DNA from: a virus | Taxonomy: Duplodnaviria; Caudoviricetes | DNA: 27,662 nt | IMG/VR virus record: IMGVR_UViG_3300020402_000279 | Span: 1 to 27,662 of that record | Reading direction: 5' to 3' (one strand) | Shown here: positions 9,107 through 18,505 of the stretch, piece after piece | Numbering within the stretch: position 1 is the stretch's first letter | Layout: each line of letters starts with the position of its first letter | Made by a program: the position numbers and the translations under genes | Notes under the pieces: model-generated | What the model was told of the DNA's origin: nothing | Database searches by the model: none | What the model saw: the letters and a program-made list of their open reading frames with translations, nothing else

Positions 9107-9387
9107 TGGCTATTCTAACTATAAACATCGGAACAAGTGCTAACAAAGGTGATGGCGATCCATTAAGAGTTGCTTTCGATAAAATCAACAAAAACTTTGC
9201 GGAGTTAGATGTTACAAATACAAAAAGAGATGTAGTTGGATCAGTATTCGCAGATGATTCTACGTTGTTGGTAGACGCGGTGAACGGAGTGATACCAGGA
9301 TACGTGAGTTTACAAACTTTAAAAACTGTGGCGGCGGCAAGTACAGACTTCGCAGATTTTAAAAGTAGAATAGCGAACCTGACATAG
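9106..9387 (+). CDS. Small structural protein with gp9/gp10-like N-terminal motif
   Basis: INIGTSANKGDGDPLRVAFDKINKNFAEL plus GSVFADDSTLLVDAVNG. Coupled to the upstream gene by a TAATG overlap. Confidence 0.7.
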   Translation: MAILTINIGTSANKGDGDPLRVAFDKINKNFAELDVTNTKRDVVGSVFADDSTLLVDAVNGVIPGYVSLQTLKTVAAASTDFADFKSRIANLT

Positions 9388-9399
9388 AGAGGATGAAAT

Positions 9400-11442
9400 A
9401 TGGCAAATAGATTTCCAATTATAGTTGACAGAGATGATCAAAACAAGTTAAAAGAATTACCAGCAGGTGATAATTTAGACTTAACTGGATCAGGCATTGT
9501 TGGTGCTGGTAACATTACAGCAACAGGATTGACTATCGGCGGTGTAAGCTATAATCCATTTAGTGGTAGTTATAATGATCTTACTGACAAACCTACAGTA
9601 GCCGCGACAACAAGTGACTTACCTGAAGGCACTAATCAATATTTCACAAACGAAAGAGTTGATGATAGAGTAGCCGCAATTCTAAGAGAAGGTACTGGTA
9701 TTGATATTGTTTATGATGATTTAGCAGGCACAATTACAATAACAAACACAGGAACAAGCAGTGGAGGCAGTGGAGGATTAGCTCCAGCCACTAACTTTGA
9801 CGGATTAGCAAATAATCAAATTATAAAATATTCAACCACAGGAAATACCGACGGTGGTGCGGCTTGGGTAAATGGTAGTATAAACTATAGTGAAATAGTT
9901 GGTACACCTAGCCTTGCTACAGTGGCCACAACAGGAAGTTATACTAACTTAATTAACAAACCAATCTTAGTAGATGACATAAGTGATTTAGCAGATGTTG
10001 ATACACAAAGCACACCTCCAAGTACAGGACAAGTTTTAAAATGGAACGGAGCAAACTGGGCACCAGCAGATGATATTACAACAGGTGGCTCAGGCCTAAA
10101 CGCAGATACACTAGATGGATTTGATGGATCTTATTATTTAAATTATGCTAACTTAACAAATAAACCAACTTTATTCGACAGTCAGTTTAGTTCATTAACA
10201 GGAACTCCTACAACTTTATCAGGTTATGGAATTACAGATGCCATTAGTACTAATCAAAGTTATGTACAGAATGGTTCTATTACTATTAACGATGACAACG
10301 GATTACAAATTGGTGGTAGTTCCATAAGCAAAGTTTCATTAGGAATCACAGGCGGTAACGTTGTTTTACAAAACTTGGTTAACGAACAAGACTTTGAAAT
10401 AAAAGTAAAACCTATTGCTGGTGTAGTTACAGCAATTAAAGTTGATACAGGTTCTGGTAGAGTTGGTATATACAAAACAACGCCAACAAGGACACTAGAC
10501 GTTGGAGGCGATGTTGGAGCCACAAACTTCTTCGGAGGTGGTTCTAATTTAACAGGAATAACTCTTACACAGGTTACTAACTCTGGATCTGAAACAACAA
10601 ACAGCGTCAGTTTTGGAAACGTCAGTCCATCTGCTGATAGCACATACAGTTTAGGATCTAACACAATTAGATGGGCAAACACTTATACAGATAACTTATC
10701 AATTGACGGAGGTTCAACGTTCACTGATGGAGCCTTAAGTATCAAAACAGGAACAGGAAGTGTAGCTAAGATTGATCTATACTGTGAAGTAAACAATGTA
10801 CATTACGTAAGAATAGAACCACCGGCACACGCTAACTATGCCGGAAATGTAACACTAACATTACCTAATACTTCAGGCACTATTGCTCGTACAGCAGATA
10901 TTCCTACAGTACCAACTACAATAAGTTCATTTACAAATGATTCAGGATACATCACAGGAATAACAGCACAAAGTATCAACAGTTTAAACGATGTAAACAT
11001 TACAAGTGTTCAGAACGATCAAATTCTTAAATATAACAGTTCTACGAATCAATGGGAAAACGGCACAGGCGGCTCAACATCAATCGGTAACTTTACTTTA
11101 AGCTCAAGCACTATTGACACAGACGATAGTTCACAAATTGTTATGACACCAAGTGTTAGAATGAGCAGTGACTTGACTGTTGATGGCAACTTAACCGCAC
11201 AAAGATTTACAGCTGACAGTTTTGAAAGTTCAGGTGTAGGCACTCCTCAAATAGATAGTGCTAGTTCTATAGAACTAATAGCACAGGATCAAGTTAGAAT
11301 CACTAACAGTCCATTGAGATTAGCAAGTTTCACTACCACCCAGCGAGATGCTTTGACAGCCGGCAACGGAGATACAATTTATAATACTACCACTAACAAG
11401 TTCCAAGGTTATGCCAACGGTGCTTGGGTTGATTTACACTAG
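9400..11442 (+). CDS. Tail fibre-like protein (680 aa)
   Basis: Repeated fibre motifs GSYNDLTDKP / GSYTNLINKP / YANLTNKP, TPTTLSGYGITDA, and DLADVD..GQVLKWNG / LNDVNI..DQILKYN. C-terminal IYNTTTNKFQGYANGAW. GAGG RBS. Confidence 0.75.
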   Translation: MANRFPIIVDRDDQNKLKELPAGDNLDLTGSGIVGAGNITATGLTIGGVSYNPFSGSYNDLTDKPTVAATTSDLPEGTNQYFTNERVDDRVAAILREGTGIDIVYDDLAGTITITNTGTSSGGSGGLAPATNFDGLANNQIIKYSTTGNTDGGAAWVNGSINYSEIVGTPSLATVATTGSYTNLINKPILVDDISDLADVDTQSTPPSTGQVLKWNGANWAPADDITTGGSGLNADTLDGFDGSYYLNYANLTNKPTLFDSQFSSLTGTPTTLSGYGITDAISTNQSYVQNGSITINDDNGLQIGGSSISKVSLGITGGNVVLQNLVNEQDFEIKVKPIAGVVTAIKVDTGSGRVGIYKTTPTRTLDVGGDVGATNFFGGGSNLTGITLTQVTNSGSETTNSVSFGNVSPSADSTYSLGSNTIRWANTYTDNLSIDGGSTFTDGALSIKTGTGSVAKIDLYCEVNNVHYVRIEPPAHANYAGNVTLTLPNTSGTIARTADIPTVPTTISSFTNDSGYITGITAQSINSLNDVNITSVQNDQILKYNSSTNQWENGTGGSTSIGNFTLSSSTIDTDDSSQIVMTPSVRMSSDLTVDGNLTAQRFTADSFESSGVGTPQIDSASSIELIAQDQVRITNSPLRLASFTTTQRDALTAGNGDTIYNTTTNKFQGYANGAWVDLH

Positions 11443-11451
11443 GAGTTATAA

Positions 11452-11589
11452 ATGAGTGATTGTTGTACAAGAAAGCGTACTTGGAAAGACGTTATGTTTT
11501 TGCCTATGGCAATAACTTTTACCCTTATAGGTTTTACGTTATTGTTAGGAATTGAAATGGGCATTGCTTACGCATTAGGATTTATATAA
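11452..11589 (+). CDS. 45-aa single-TM membrane protein (not in ORF track)
   Basis: Hand translation: MSDCCTRKRTWKDVMFLPMAITFTLIGFTLLLGIEMGIAYALGFI. AGGAG RBS at 11441; its stop overlaps the next ATG (TAATG). Confidence 0.72.
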   Translation: MSDCCTRKRTWKDVMFLPMAITFTLIGFTLLLGIEMGIAYALGFI

Positions 11590-13193
11590 TGAGTGAAAAA
11601 GAATATATAGTCTCTCTAAATAAAGGCGTAGACTACGCACAATTCAATCAAGAAATGATAGCTTCAACTGGAGCAGGCGATATTCCTAATAGAACAGTTG
11701 ACGTTGCCAATGCTAGACCTTTGTCCGAGAGAAACACACATTATGCCTTGACAGATGATGAAGCTGTAGCATTACGTAATGATTCAAGAGTCTTAGATGT
11801 TCAACTACGACCAGATCAAAGAGATGATATCGAAATTGGATATGATGCTATTCAGACAGCTGATTTTAATAAGTCAAGTGCTGACTCTGGTAATTACAGA
11901 GATTGGGGTAAAATACGACATAGTTTTATTGAAAACAAATATGGCACATCAACATCATTAGCTTCTAATCCTTTTGATAGACCATATTCAATGGACGGCA
12001 CAGGAGTTGACATTGTTATACAAGACAGCGGTCTCCAAGTAGATCATCCAGAATTCAAAGACGCAAACGGAAACAGCAGAGTGCAATTGATAGATTGGTT
12101 TGCTGAATCAGGTGTAGGAAGCACTCAAGATCCTAACCATTACAGAGATACCGACGGACATGGCACACATTGTGGCGGTACTGCGGCTGGACTTAACTTT
12201 GGCTGGGCACCTAACGCAAGAATTTATTCAGTTAAATTAAGTGGACTAGAAGGTAGTGGTGACTCTGGTACAGGAATAAGTGTTATAAATGCTTTTGATA
12301 TAATAAAAGGATGGCATCAAAACAAACCTATAGATCCTAAGACAGGATTTAAACGTCCGACGATTGTTAACATGAGTTGGGGATATAGTTATTCAATGGG
12401 AAGTAATTTTAGCAACATAGACAGTTATGTATATAGAGGAGTGACTTACAATTCATCCACAGAAGGTTGGAATAGTTCAACATCTTATCATAGAGACACT
12501 TATGGATTTTATCCTTATTATAGATTTCCAACTTATAGATATCCTTACAGGTTAGCGGCTATTGATCTTGATGTAGATAGTTTGATAGATGCTGGAGTAC
12601 ATGTTTGTATTGCGGCAGGAAATAATAGTTTCAAAGCAGACACTTCAGTAGGACCAGGAGTAGACTACAATAACATAATCTTCCATAGTGGTGGAACAAA
12701 CAATTACTATCATAGAGGCAGTTCTCCTTTTGACGAAAAGGCAAATATGGTAGGGTGTATAGATAGCACTCCTGAAAACGCAACAACAGAAAGAAAGACT
12801 AGTTTTAGCACAACAGGACCAGGAGTATCAATATTTGCCGCTGGTGAAAATATAATGAGCTGTTTTAGTACAACAAATAGATATACTGATGGTGCTTATT
12901 TTGGGGATAGCAACTTCAGAGTAGGAAACATAAGCGGAACATCAATGGCATCCCCGCAGGTGTGTGGAGTAGGTGCTTTATATCTACAAGCTGATCCTAG
13001 CTTAACCCCAATACAACTTAAAAAGAAATTAGAAAATGATGCCTTACCAGTTTTGAAAGATGAATCAAACGAATCTAATTACGGTGACACAACAGATATA
13101 TGTGGTGCTGAAAACAGACTGTTGTTTAATAGATATAATAGAGCTAATCCTTATACCAGTAACATATACGGCATGAGAAAAAAGAATAGGTAA
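11589..13193 (+). CDS. Subtilisin-like serine protease (peptidase S8) with N-terminal prodomain
   Basis: Catalytic triad motifs GVDIVIQDSG (D), HGTHCGGTAAG (H) and SGTSMASPQV (S), plus oxyanion AAGNN. I9-like propeptide (EYIVSL...LRNDSRVLDV). Confidence 0.92.
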   Translation: MSEKEYIVSLNKGVDYAQFNQEMIASTGAGDIPNRTVDVANARPLSERNTHYALTDDEAVALRNDSRVLDVQLRPDQRDDIEIGYDAIQTADFNKSSADSGNYRDWGKIRHSFIENKYGTSTSLASNPFDRPYSMDGTGVDIVIQDSGLQVDHPEFKDANGNSRVQLIDWFAESGVGSTQDPNHYRDTDGHGTHCGGTAAGLNFGWAPNARIYSVKLSGLEGSGDSGTGISVINAFDIIKGWHQNKPIDPKTGFKRPTIVNMSWGYSYSMGSNFSNIDSYVYRGVTYNSSTEGWNSSTSYHRDTYGFYPYYRFPTYRYPYRLAAIDLDVDSLIDAGVHVCIAAGNNSFKADTSVGPGVDYNNIIFHSGGTNNYYHRGSSPFDEKANMVGCIDSTPENATTERKTSFSTTGPGVSIFAAGENIMSCFSTTNRYTDGAYFGDSNFRVGNISGTSMASPQVCGVGALYLQADPSLTPIQLKKKLENDALPVLKDESNESNYGDTTDICGAENRLLFNRYNRANPYTSNIYGMRKKNR

Positions 13194-13196
13194 ATA
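13191..13196 (+). promoter_or_regulatory. T4 late-like promoter box TAAATA
   Basis: Begins with the S8 stop codon TAA; 15 nt before ATG 13212 with an AGGA RBS. Confidence 0.55.
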
Positions 13197-13211
13197 CAGT
13201 AGGAAACAGAT

Positions 13212-13910
13212 ATGGCAATACAAACAGTAAACATAGGAACAATAGCAAACGACGGCACAGGTGATGACCTACGTGAAGCCTTTGTAAAAGTAAACAACAA
13301 CTTCGCAGAACTAGATGCTAGGGATCCTGAAAAAACTACGGGTGCTAATCTTGGCACATCAGGTGAAGGCGTATTTGCTCAAGTTAGTGCCGCAGAGATG
13401 CAGTTTAAAAAATTAGTGGCAGGAACGGCTGTAAGTTTAGCAAGTGACAATAACACTATTACAATTAATTCTACAGCAACTGGCTTACCTCAATTACAGG
13501 TGTTTGCTGATAACACTAACGCTACCTTTGATGCTAACAACACAGCATTAACAATAGCAGGTGGAAATTTAGTAACAACAAATTTAGTTGGAAGCACTAT
13601 TACAATTACTTCACAAACTTCATTGTTTACAGATACAACACCTAAACTTGCCGCAAACTTAGATGGGCAACAAAAAGAAATCATTAACACAAGTGATATT
13701 AAAAGCACAATATATGGTGTTGATATTAGAGATATAAAAGATGTTGCTCCATATTTAACTTTTGATCAAGGACTTGCTTTTCCAACATCTTTCAGTAGTT
13801 CACTAGACTACCTAGTTGACTCATTAAGCGTTGATTTTGACAACGGAACATCTACATTTACAGAGTCCGCATTGCCTACCGCAGATATGGGTACCCTTCC
13901 TACAGCATAA
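13212..13910 (+). CDS. Baseplate/tail structural protein with gp9/gp10-like N-terminal motif
   Basis: VNIGTIANDGTGDDLREAFVKVNNNFAEL. Also FKKLVAGTAVSL and DTTPKLAANLD, resembling LTGGTGISID and DTSPILGGPLN in the 2628-aa protein. Confidence 0.75.
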   Translation: MAIQTVNIGTIANDGTGDDLREAFVKVNNNFAELDARDPEKTTGANLGTSGEGVFAQVSAAEMQFKKLVAGTAVSLASDNNTITINSTATGLPQLQVFADNTNATFDANNTALTIAGGNLVTTNLVGSTITITSQTSLFTDTTPKLAANLDGQQKEIINTSDIKSTIYGVDIRDIKDVAPYLTFDQGLAFPTSFSSSLDYLVDSLSVDFDNGTSTFTESALPTADMGTLPTA

Positions 13911-13913
13911 ATA
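13908..13913 (+). promoter_or_regulatory. T4 late-like promoter box (CATAAATA)
   Basis: Begins with stop codon TAA 13908-13910; 17 nt before ATG 13931 with an AGGAG RBS. Confidence 0.6.
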
Positions 13914-13930
13914 TAGTATAGGAGTACAAA

Positions 13931-16888
13931 ATGTCTGAACTATGGACTGTAAACACAGGGCACAATCTCGGAACATACAGTGAAAGCATAACGCAAACTA
14001 TTGCTTTGCCTATCAATACCGTAGATAGTGTTACATTAATAAGTGGATCTATTCCTGGCGGTTTACGAATAGCAAATAACAACAGTTTGATTGGAACTCC
14101 TTACGAAGTAAAATCATTGAAAGAATTTCAGTTTGTTCTACGTGCTAGAAAAGGAAACACTATCGATGATAGAACATTTTATATTACAATAGATGGAGCC
14201 GACGCTCCTACTTGGGTAACTAATGAAGGTTCATTACCTTTAGGACCTAATCAAAAATTTTACATCTTAGATAGCAGTCCAGTTGACTTTCAATTACAGG
14301 TGATCGATCCTGATATTCCTGCTGGAGATAATCTAGAATACTTTATTGCTGACGGAGATGGTGAGCTACCTCCAGGCATAGAATTAGGAACCACGACAGG
14401 AAAACTTACTGGAATTGTTGAGCCTTTACTGGCATTAGAAAAAAGAGCCGCTTCTGGATTTTATGATTCAAATACTTTTGGAGAATTTCCTTTTGACTTT
14501 GGTGTACAAAGTTTTAATGGTTATTCAAGTTTCTACTATGATACAAATTTTTATGATTACGCTATACCAACACAAAGTCCAAGAAAATTAAATAGATTTT
14601 ATGATTTTACAGTAAGTGTAAGTGATGGAATAGTAATTGCTAAAAGGGCATTTCAAATCTATCTTGTGGGTGACGATTTCCTAAGAACAGATAATACATT
14701 AATGCAGATAGGGACAGGATTATTTACAGCTGATAATACATTCCTAAGAGCTCCTGTTTGGTTAACACCAAGCGACTTAGGATTTAGAAGAGCTAACAAT
14801 TATGTTACTTTGTTTTTAGATGTGTATGATCCGACAAGCAATCAAGGAATTATTAGTTTTACAGTTAAAAAAGCTAATCCAGATGGAACAGCAAGTGCCC
14901 TTCCTCCGGGATTAAGCATAGATTCAACAACAGGTGAAATAGCTGGTTTAGTTCCTTATCAACCTGCTGTTACAAAAGAATATAAATTTACTATTGAAGC
15001 TCTTAGACAATTAGGATCAGCCGCAAGTACTTCTTTTCAATCTTATTTTAATAATATAGGTGTTGGTCAAACTTGGTCAGGAGAGCAAAATGTTCCTTTC
15101 TTTAATTTTGCTGAACAAAACTTTTTAGGACAAAATAATGAGACTGGTTGGATTGTTTTTAATACTGTTCCTGTAACTACAGCAGATGCTAGTGACAATT
15201 CAAAATATACTTTACAAGGAATAATTGATAAGTCTGTGTGGGTAGTAAAAAATGGTAGAGTGGTTGGTACCGCAACAGATAAAACTTTAACAAGAATAGA
15301 ACAAGGTGATAGCGATTTAATTAGATCAAGTTTCAAAGGAAGTATTACAGACGTTGGTTTTAGAACATTTGACTCTAGTGGTCAGATAACTGCTAATAAA
15401 GTTGTTACAATGTCTTTTTATGATTATGATGAAAGGATTACTTCTGAAACAAATCAAGTCATTAGCAAAGATAAAACTTTTACAGTTAAATTACTGGGAG
15501 AAGTAGAAAGTGTAATTACATGGAATACAGCAAGTGATCTCGGAAACTTGAGAGCAAATTTTATTTCGACTTTATCCGTAAATGCTACAAGCACAGTACC
15601 TAATGCTATTTTGGTATATTCATTAGACTCGGGTAGATTACCTCCTGGAATAACATTGGCCATTGACGGACAATTACAAGGAAAGGTTAGGCAGTTCGGA
15701 GAGGTTGGCAAACCTGGTCTGACTACTATTGATAAAAATACAGGAGCATTTACATTAGATGGTGGAACAACAACACTAGATAGATCATATACATTTACAG
15801 TAACAGCACAAGACCAATTTGGATTTAGTGCCACTACTAGAACATTTACTATCACAACAACTGATCCGGATGATTTATTGTATAGCAGTATATCAATGGT
15901 GCCTTTGATGAAAAATGCTGACAGATTAAGTTTTAGAAATTTTATATCTGATCCAAATATATTTCCTCCACAAGCAGTTTATAGACCAAACGATCCTGCT
16001 TTTGGATTACAAGATCAAATCAAAGCATTAGCATACGCAGGAATAGAAACAAAAGAAGTACAAGAATTTGTTGGAGCAGTAGCAAAAAATCATCTAAAGA
16101 AACAGTACAAATTTGGAGCAGTTAAAAAAGCTGTAGCAAAAAATGTTGGATCTAATGATACAGTTTATGAAGTAATTTACGTTGAATTAGTTGATCCGTC
16201 TGAGCCAAGTACAGGAGAAACAAAAGAACAGTTTATAACTACAACTTCTAAAAACGTGACAGTAGATAGTATCCAATTTGAAGTGAATGATGATAACACT
16301 GGCGTAGGAACAGGTCAAGGATTTTTTGATATAGGATTAAGAGGCGGAGCAGGAAAGTCACCTGCCTCAACAGGAACAATTACTATATTTGCTAGAACTT
16401 CACCCTTGTTGTTTACTCCAGGCAATCAAATTACAGTAACTGATCAATCAGGTAATGTTATAGTTGTTGCGAATATAGATGATAGTATTAATAGTGATCC
16501 TCTTAGACTTCGTCCAATTACCAATACAATTAAAATTGATAGTGATGCTATCAAGATAAGTGATAGTGCTGATCAAAGAAAGTATATTAGCAATATAACA
16601 AACATGAGAAAACGTATTAGAGCATTAGGAAATAATTTAAGAGAATTTTATCCATTATGGATGCGTACTCCCCAGGCAACTGGTCAGGCTGAGTTAGGTT
16701 TTGTTTTGGCAGTACCTTTGGTATACTGTAAACCAGGACAAGCTGACGCTGTATTGCTTAATATCACAAATAGTAATTTTGATTTTAAAAAATTAAACAT
16801 AGAAATAGATCGTTATAACATAGACTCAACAAAAAATAACAGCAATGAACAATACATCAAATTCGCTGATTTCCAATTTAACGTCTAA
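13931..16888 (+). CDS. Large structural protein with putative Ig/cadherin-like (He_PIG-type) repeats, probably a baseplate component
   Basis: Repeated LPPG motif units: GSIPGGLRI, GELPPGIELGTTTGKLTG, LPPGLSIDSTTGEIAG and GRLPPGITLAIDGQLQG, each followed by a F/YxFTV-type strand. Confidence 0.7.
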   Translation: MSELWTVNTGHNLGTYSESITQTIALPINTVDSVTLISGSIPGGLRIANNNSLIGTPYEVKSLKEFQFVLRARKGNTIDDRTFYITIDGADAPTWVTNEGSLPLGPNQKFYILDSSPVDFQLQVIDPDIPAGDNLEYFIADGDGELPPGIELGTTTGKLTGIVEPLLALEKRAASGFYDSNTFGEFPFDFGVQSFNGYSSFYYDTNFYDYAIPTQSPRKLNRFYDFTVSVSDGIVIAKRAFQIYLVGDDFLRTDNTLMQIGTGLFTADNTFLRAPVWLTPSDLGFRRANNYVTLFLDVYDPTSNQGIISFTVKKANPDGTASALPPGLSIDSTTGEIAGLVPYQPAVTKEYKFTIEALRQLGSAASTSFQSYFNNIGVGQTWSGEQNVPFFNFAEQNFLGQNNETGWIVFNTVPVTTADASDNSKYTLQGIIDKSVWVVKNGRVVGTATDKTLTRIEQGDSDLIRSSFKGSITDVGFRTFDSSGQITANKVVTMSFYDYDERITSETNQVISKDKTFTVKLLGEVESVITWNTASDLGNLRANFISTLSVNATSTVPNAILVYSLDSGRLPPGITLAIDGQLQGKVRQFGEVGKPGLTTIDKNTGAFTLDGGTTTLDRSYTFTVTAQDQFGFSATTRTFTITTTDPDDLLYSSISMVPLMKNADRLSFRNFISDPNIFPPQAVYRPNDPAFGLQDQIKALAYAGIETKEVQEFVGAVAKNHLKKQYKFGAVKKAVAKNVGSNDTVYEVIYVELVDPSEPSTGETKEQFITTTSKNVTVDSIQFEVNDDNTGVGTGQGFFDIGLRGGAGKSPASTGTITIFARTSPLLFTPGNQITVTDQSGNVIVVANIDDSINSDPLRLRPITNTIKIDSDAIKISDSADQRKYISNITNMRKRIRALGNNLREFYPLWMRTPQATGQAELGFVLAVPLVYCKPGQADAVLLNITNSNFDFKKLNIEIDRYNIDSTKNNSNEQYIKFADFQFNV

Positions 16889-16894
16889 TAAATA
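16889..16894 (+). promoter_or_regulatory. T4 late-like promoter box (AATAAATA)
   Basis: Immediately after stop 16888; 17 nt before ATG 16912 with a GGAG RBS. Confidence 0.55.
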
Positions 16895-16911
16895 TTTTGT
16901 TGGAGTAACAC

Positions 16912-17661
16912 ATGGCTGGTATTAGCAAGTCCCAAAAGTTAGAATTATCAAACATAGCTGTAGAACTAGATAAAGAAGAAGTAGGACTAATTAGGTATGT
17001 CCTTGAAAGCTATTTTACAATGACTTCTGTTGCTAGATTGGTAAACACTTTAAAGTCTTGTAAGTATGCTGTAGAAAATAATATACCAGGTGATTTTGTA
17101 GAATGTGGAGTATGGCGTGGTGGACACGGAATTTTAGCGAAAAAAATATTTGAACGTATGGGGTCTAACAAAAAAGTTTGGATGTATGATACGTTTGAAG
17201 GAATGGCTGAACCAACAGAATTTGATGTAAATGCTAGAACAAAGGAAATGGCAACAGTCAAATACCATCAAACAAAAACAAGTACGCATGTAGATTGGTG
17301 TTACGCATCTTTAGAAGATGTCAAGAAATGTGTTCAGTCAGCAGGTATAGACATAAATGCAATTAAGTTTATTAAAGGAGATGTGTGCGAAACACTTAAA
17401 GATCCTAATAATAGGCCTACCCAAATAAGTGTGTTAAGATTAGACACTGATTGGTATCAATCTACTAAAACAGAATTACATTGGCTGTATCCTGTTTTGA
17501 GTAATAACGGTGTACTAATTATTGACGATTATGGGCATTGGCAAGGATCTCGCAAGGCAGTAGACGAATATTTCGCCAAAAATCCATATAAACCTTTGTT
17601 TAACGTTGTAGACTTTACTGGACGTTCAGCAATTAAGATAAATAATATGACAGGAGAATAG
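16912..17661 (+). CDS. TylF/MycF/NovP-family (macrocin-type) SAM-dependent O-methyltransferase
   Basis: Family motifs IPGDFVECGVWRGG, YDTFEGM, LRLDTDWYQST and IIDDYGHWQGSRKAVDEY. Confidence 0.9.
   Translation: MAGISKSQKLELSNIAVELDKEEVGLIRYVLESYFTMTSVARLVNTLKSCKYAVENNIPGDFVECGVWRGGHGILAKKIFERMGSNKKVWMYDTFEGMAEPTEFDVNARTKEMATVKYHQTKTSTHVDWCYASLEDVKKCVQSAGIDINAIKFIKGDVCETLKDPNNRPTQISVLRLDTDWYQSTKTELHWLYPVLSNNGVLIIDDYGHWQGSRKAVDEYFAKNPYKPLFNVVDFTGRSAIKINNMTGE
17639..17644 (+). promoter_or_regulatory. T4 late-like promoter box (GATAAATA) inside the 3' end of the methyltransferase gene
   Basis: 18 nt before ATG 17663, followed by an AGGAG RBS. Confidence 0.5.
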
Positions 17662-17662
17662 C

Positions 17663-18265
17663 ATGGCTAGTAATATAAATGATACAGGTGTAAACAAAGA
17701 TTACCCAGTAGCAGGTCAAGATAACGATTCACAAGGCTTTAGAGATAATTTTAATGTCATCAAGGACAATTTTGTAGCCGCAAAAAGCGAGATAGAGACT
17801 CTACAAACAACCACAGCACAAGGTGTAACATACACACCAGCTACATCTGGTGGTCAGGCTACTAACAACTTCTTAGGAAACATTTTAAGAAACGCAAACT
17901 TCATTGATAACAGCTATGGTTATTTTGCTGGTGGTACAGTAAACACAAGCCAAAACATAAATTATAGTAATGGTAATTTTCAAACGTTCACTATCGGCGC
18001 AGACATTACATTAACATTAACTGAGTGGCCAGCAACTAATAATACAGGCGTTGTAAGAGTCTATATTAATAATGACGGAGTTCAAAGAACAATTACTTTT
18101 GCTTCTAATGCCGGTGCTGGTACTTTGAAAAGAAGTAGTGATTGGTCAGGTGCAGGAAATACATTTGTAATAGACACACCAAACACAAGAACTTATGTTT
18201 TTGAATTTATTAGTTACGACGCTGGAGCAACTGTATTCGCAGATTACATCGGTTACTTTGAATAA
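17663..18265 (+). CDS. Putative virion structural protein (200 aa)
   Basis: N-terminal YPVAGQDNDSQGFRDNFNVIKDNF coiled segment followed by a T/N/G-rich beta domain. It lies in the structural module behind a TAAATA box. Confidence 0.6.
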   Translation: MASNINDTGVNKDYPVAGQDNDSQGFRDNFNVIKDNFVAAKSEIETLQTTTAQGVTYTPATSGGQATNNFLGNILRNANFIDNSYGYFAGGTVNTSQNINYSNGNFQTFTIGADITLTLTEWPATNNTGVVRVYINNDGVQRTITFASNAGAGTLKRSSDWSGAGNTFVIDTPNTRTYVFEFISYDAGATVFADYIGYFE

Positions 18266-18495
18266 TGATACATCCGTTTAGCGAAAATACTGCTGACATG
18301 TCTGTATCTGATCTACATGAAAAACTAGCAGAATTATCCAAAAAATATTTCCAAACCCAAAATCCTCAGGTAAGAGAACAATTACAAACGTTTATTGAGT
18401 TCTATAAGCAAGAAGTAAGAATAAAAGAAGAAAAAGAAAAGCAACAAGAACAAAATGGCGATTTAGATCTTGACAATTTGATCAATATATCGTAA
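18265..18495 (+). CDS. Hypothetical helical/coiled-coil protein (76 aa)
   Basis: Coupled by a TAATG overlap; charged heptad pattern. Confidence 0.7.
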   Translation: MIHPFSENTADMSVSDLHEKLAELSKKYFQTQNPQVREQLQTFIEFYKQEVRIKEEKEKQQEQNGDLDLDNLINIS

Positions 18496-18498
18496 AAT
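18470..18498 (+). promoter_or_regulatory. Sigma70-type (early/middle) promoter TTGACA-N17-TAAAAT
   Basis: TTGACA 18470-18475, 17-nt spacer, TAAAAT 18493-18498. ATG 18506 sits at the expected +1. Confidence 0.75.
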
Positions 18499-18505
18499 AC
18501 AATTA

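Noticed and set aside
1237-15855. Many minus-strand or alternate-frame ORFs within structural genes (1237, 3943, 4929, 5482, 7225, 7623, 10260, 11049, 13151, 13490, 13900, 15067, 15454)
   Set aside because: They lie in or across long, motif-bearing + strand genes. Their V/P/L-rich composition is the expected antisense of T/G/N-rich codons, and they show no recognisable motifs.
18265-18495. Resemblance of DMSVSDLHEKLAELSKKYF to ribosomal protein L29
   Set aside because: Generic amphipathic helix pattern; the L29 C-terminal basic motif is missing.
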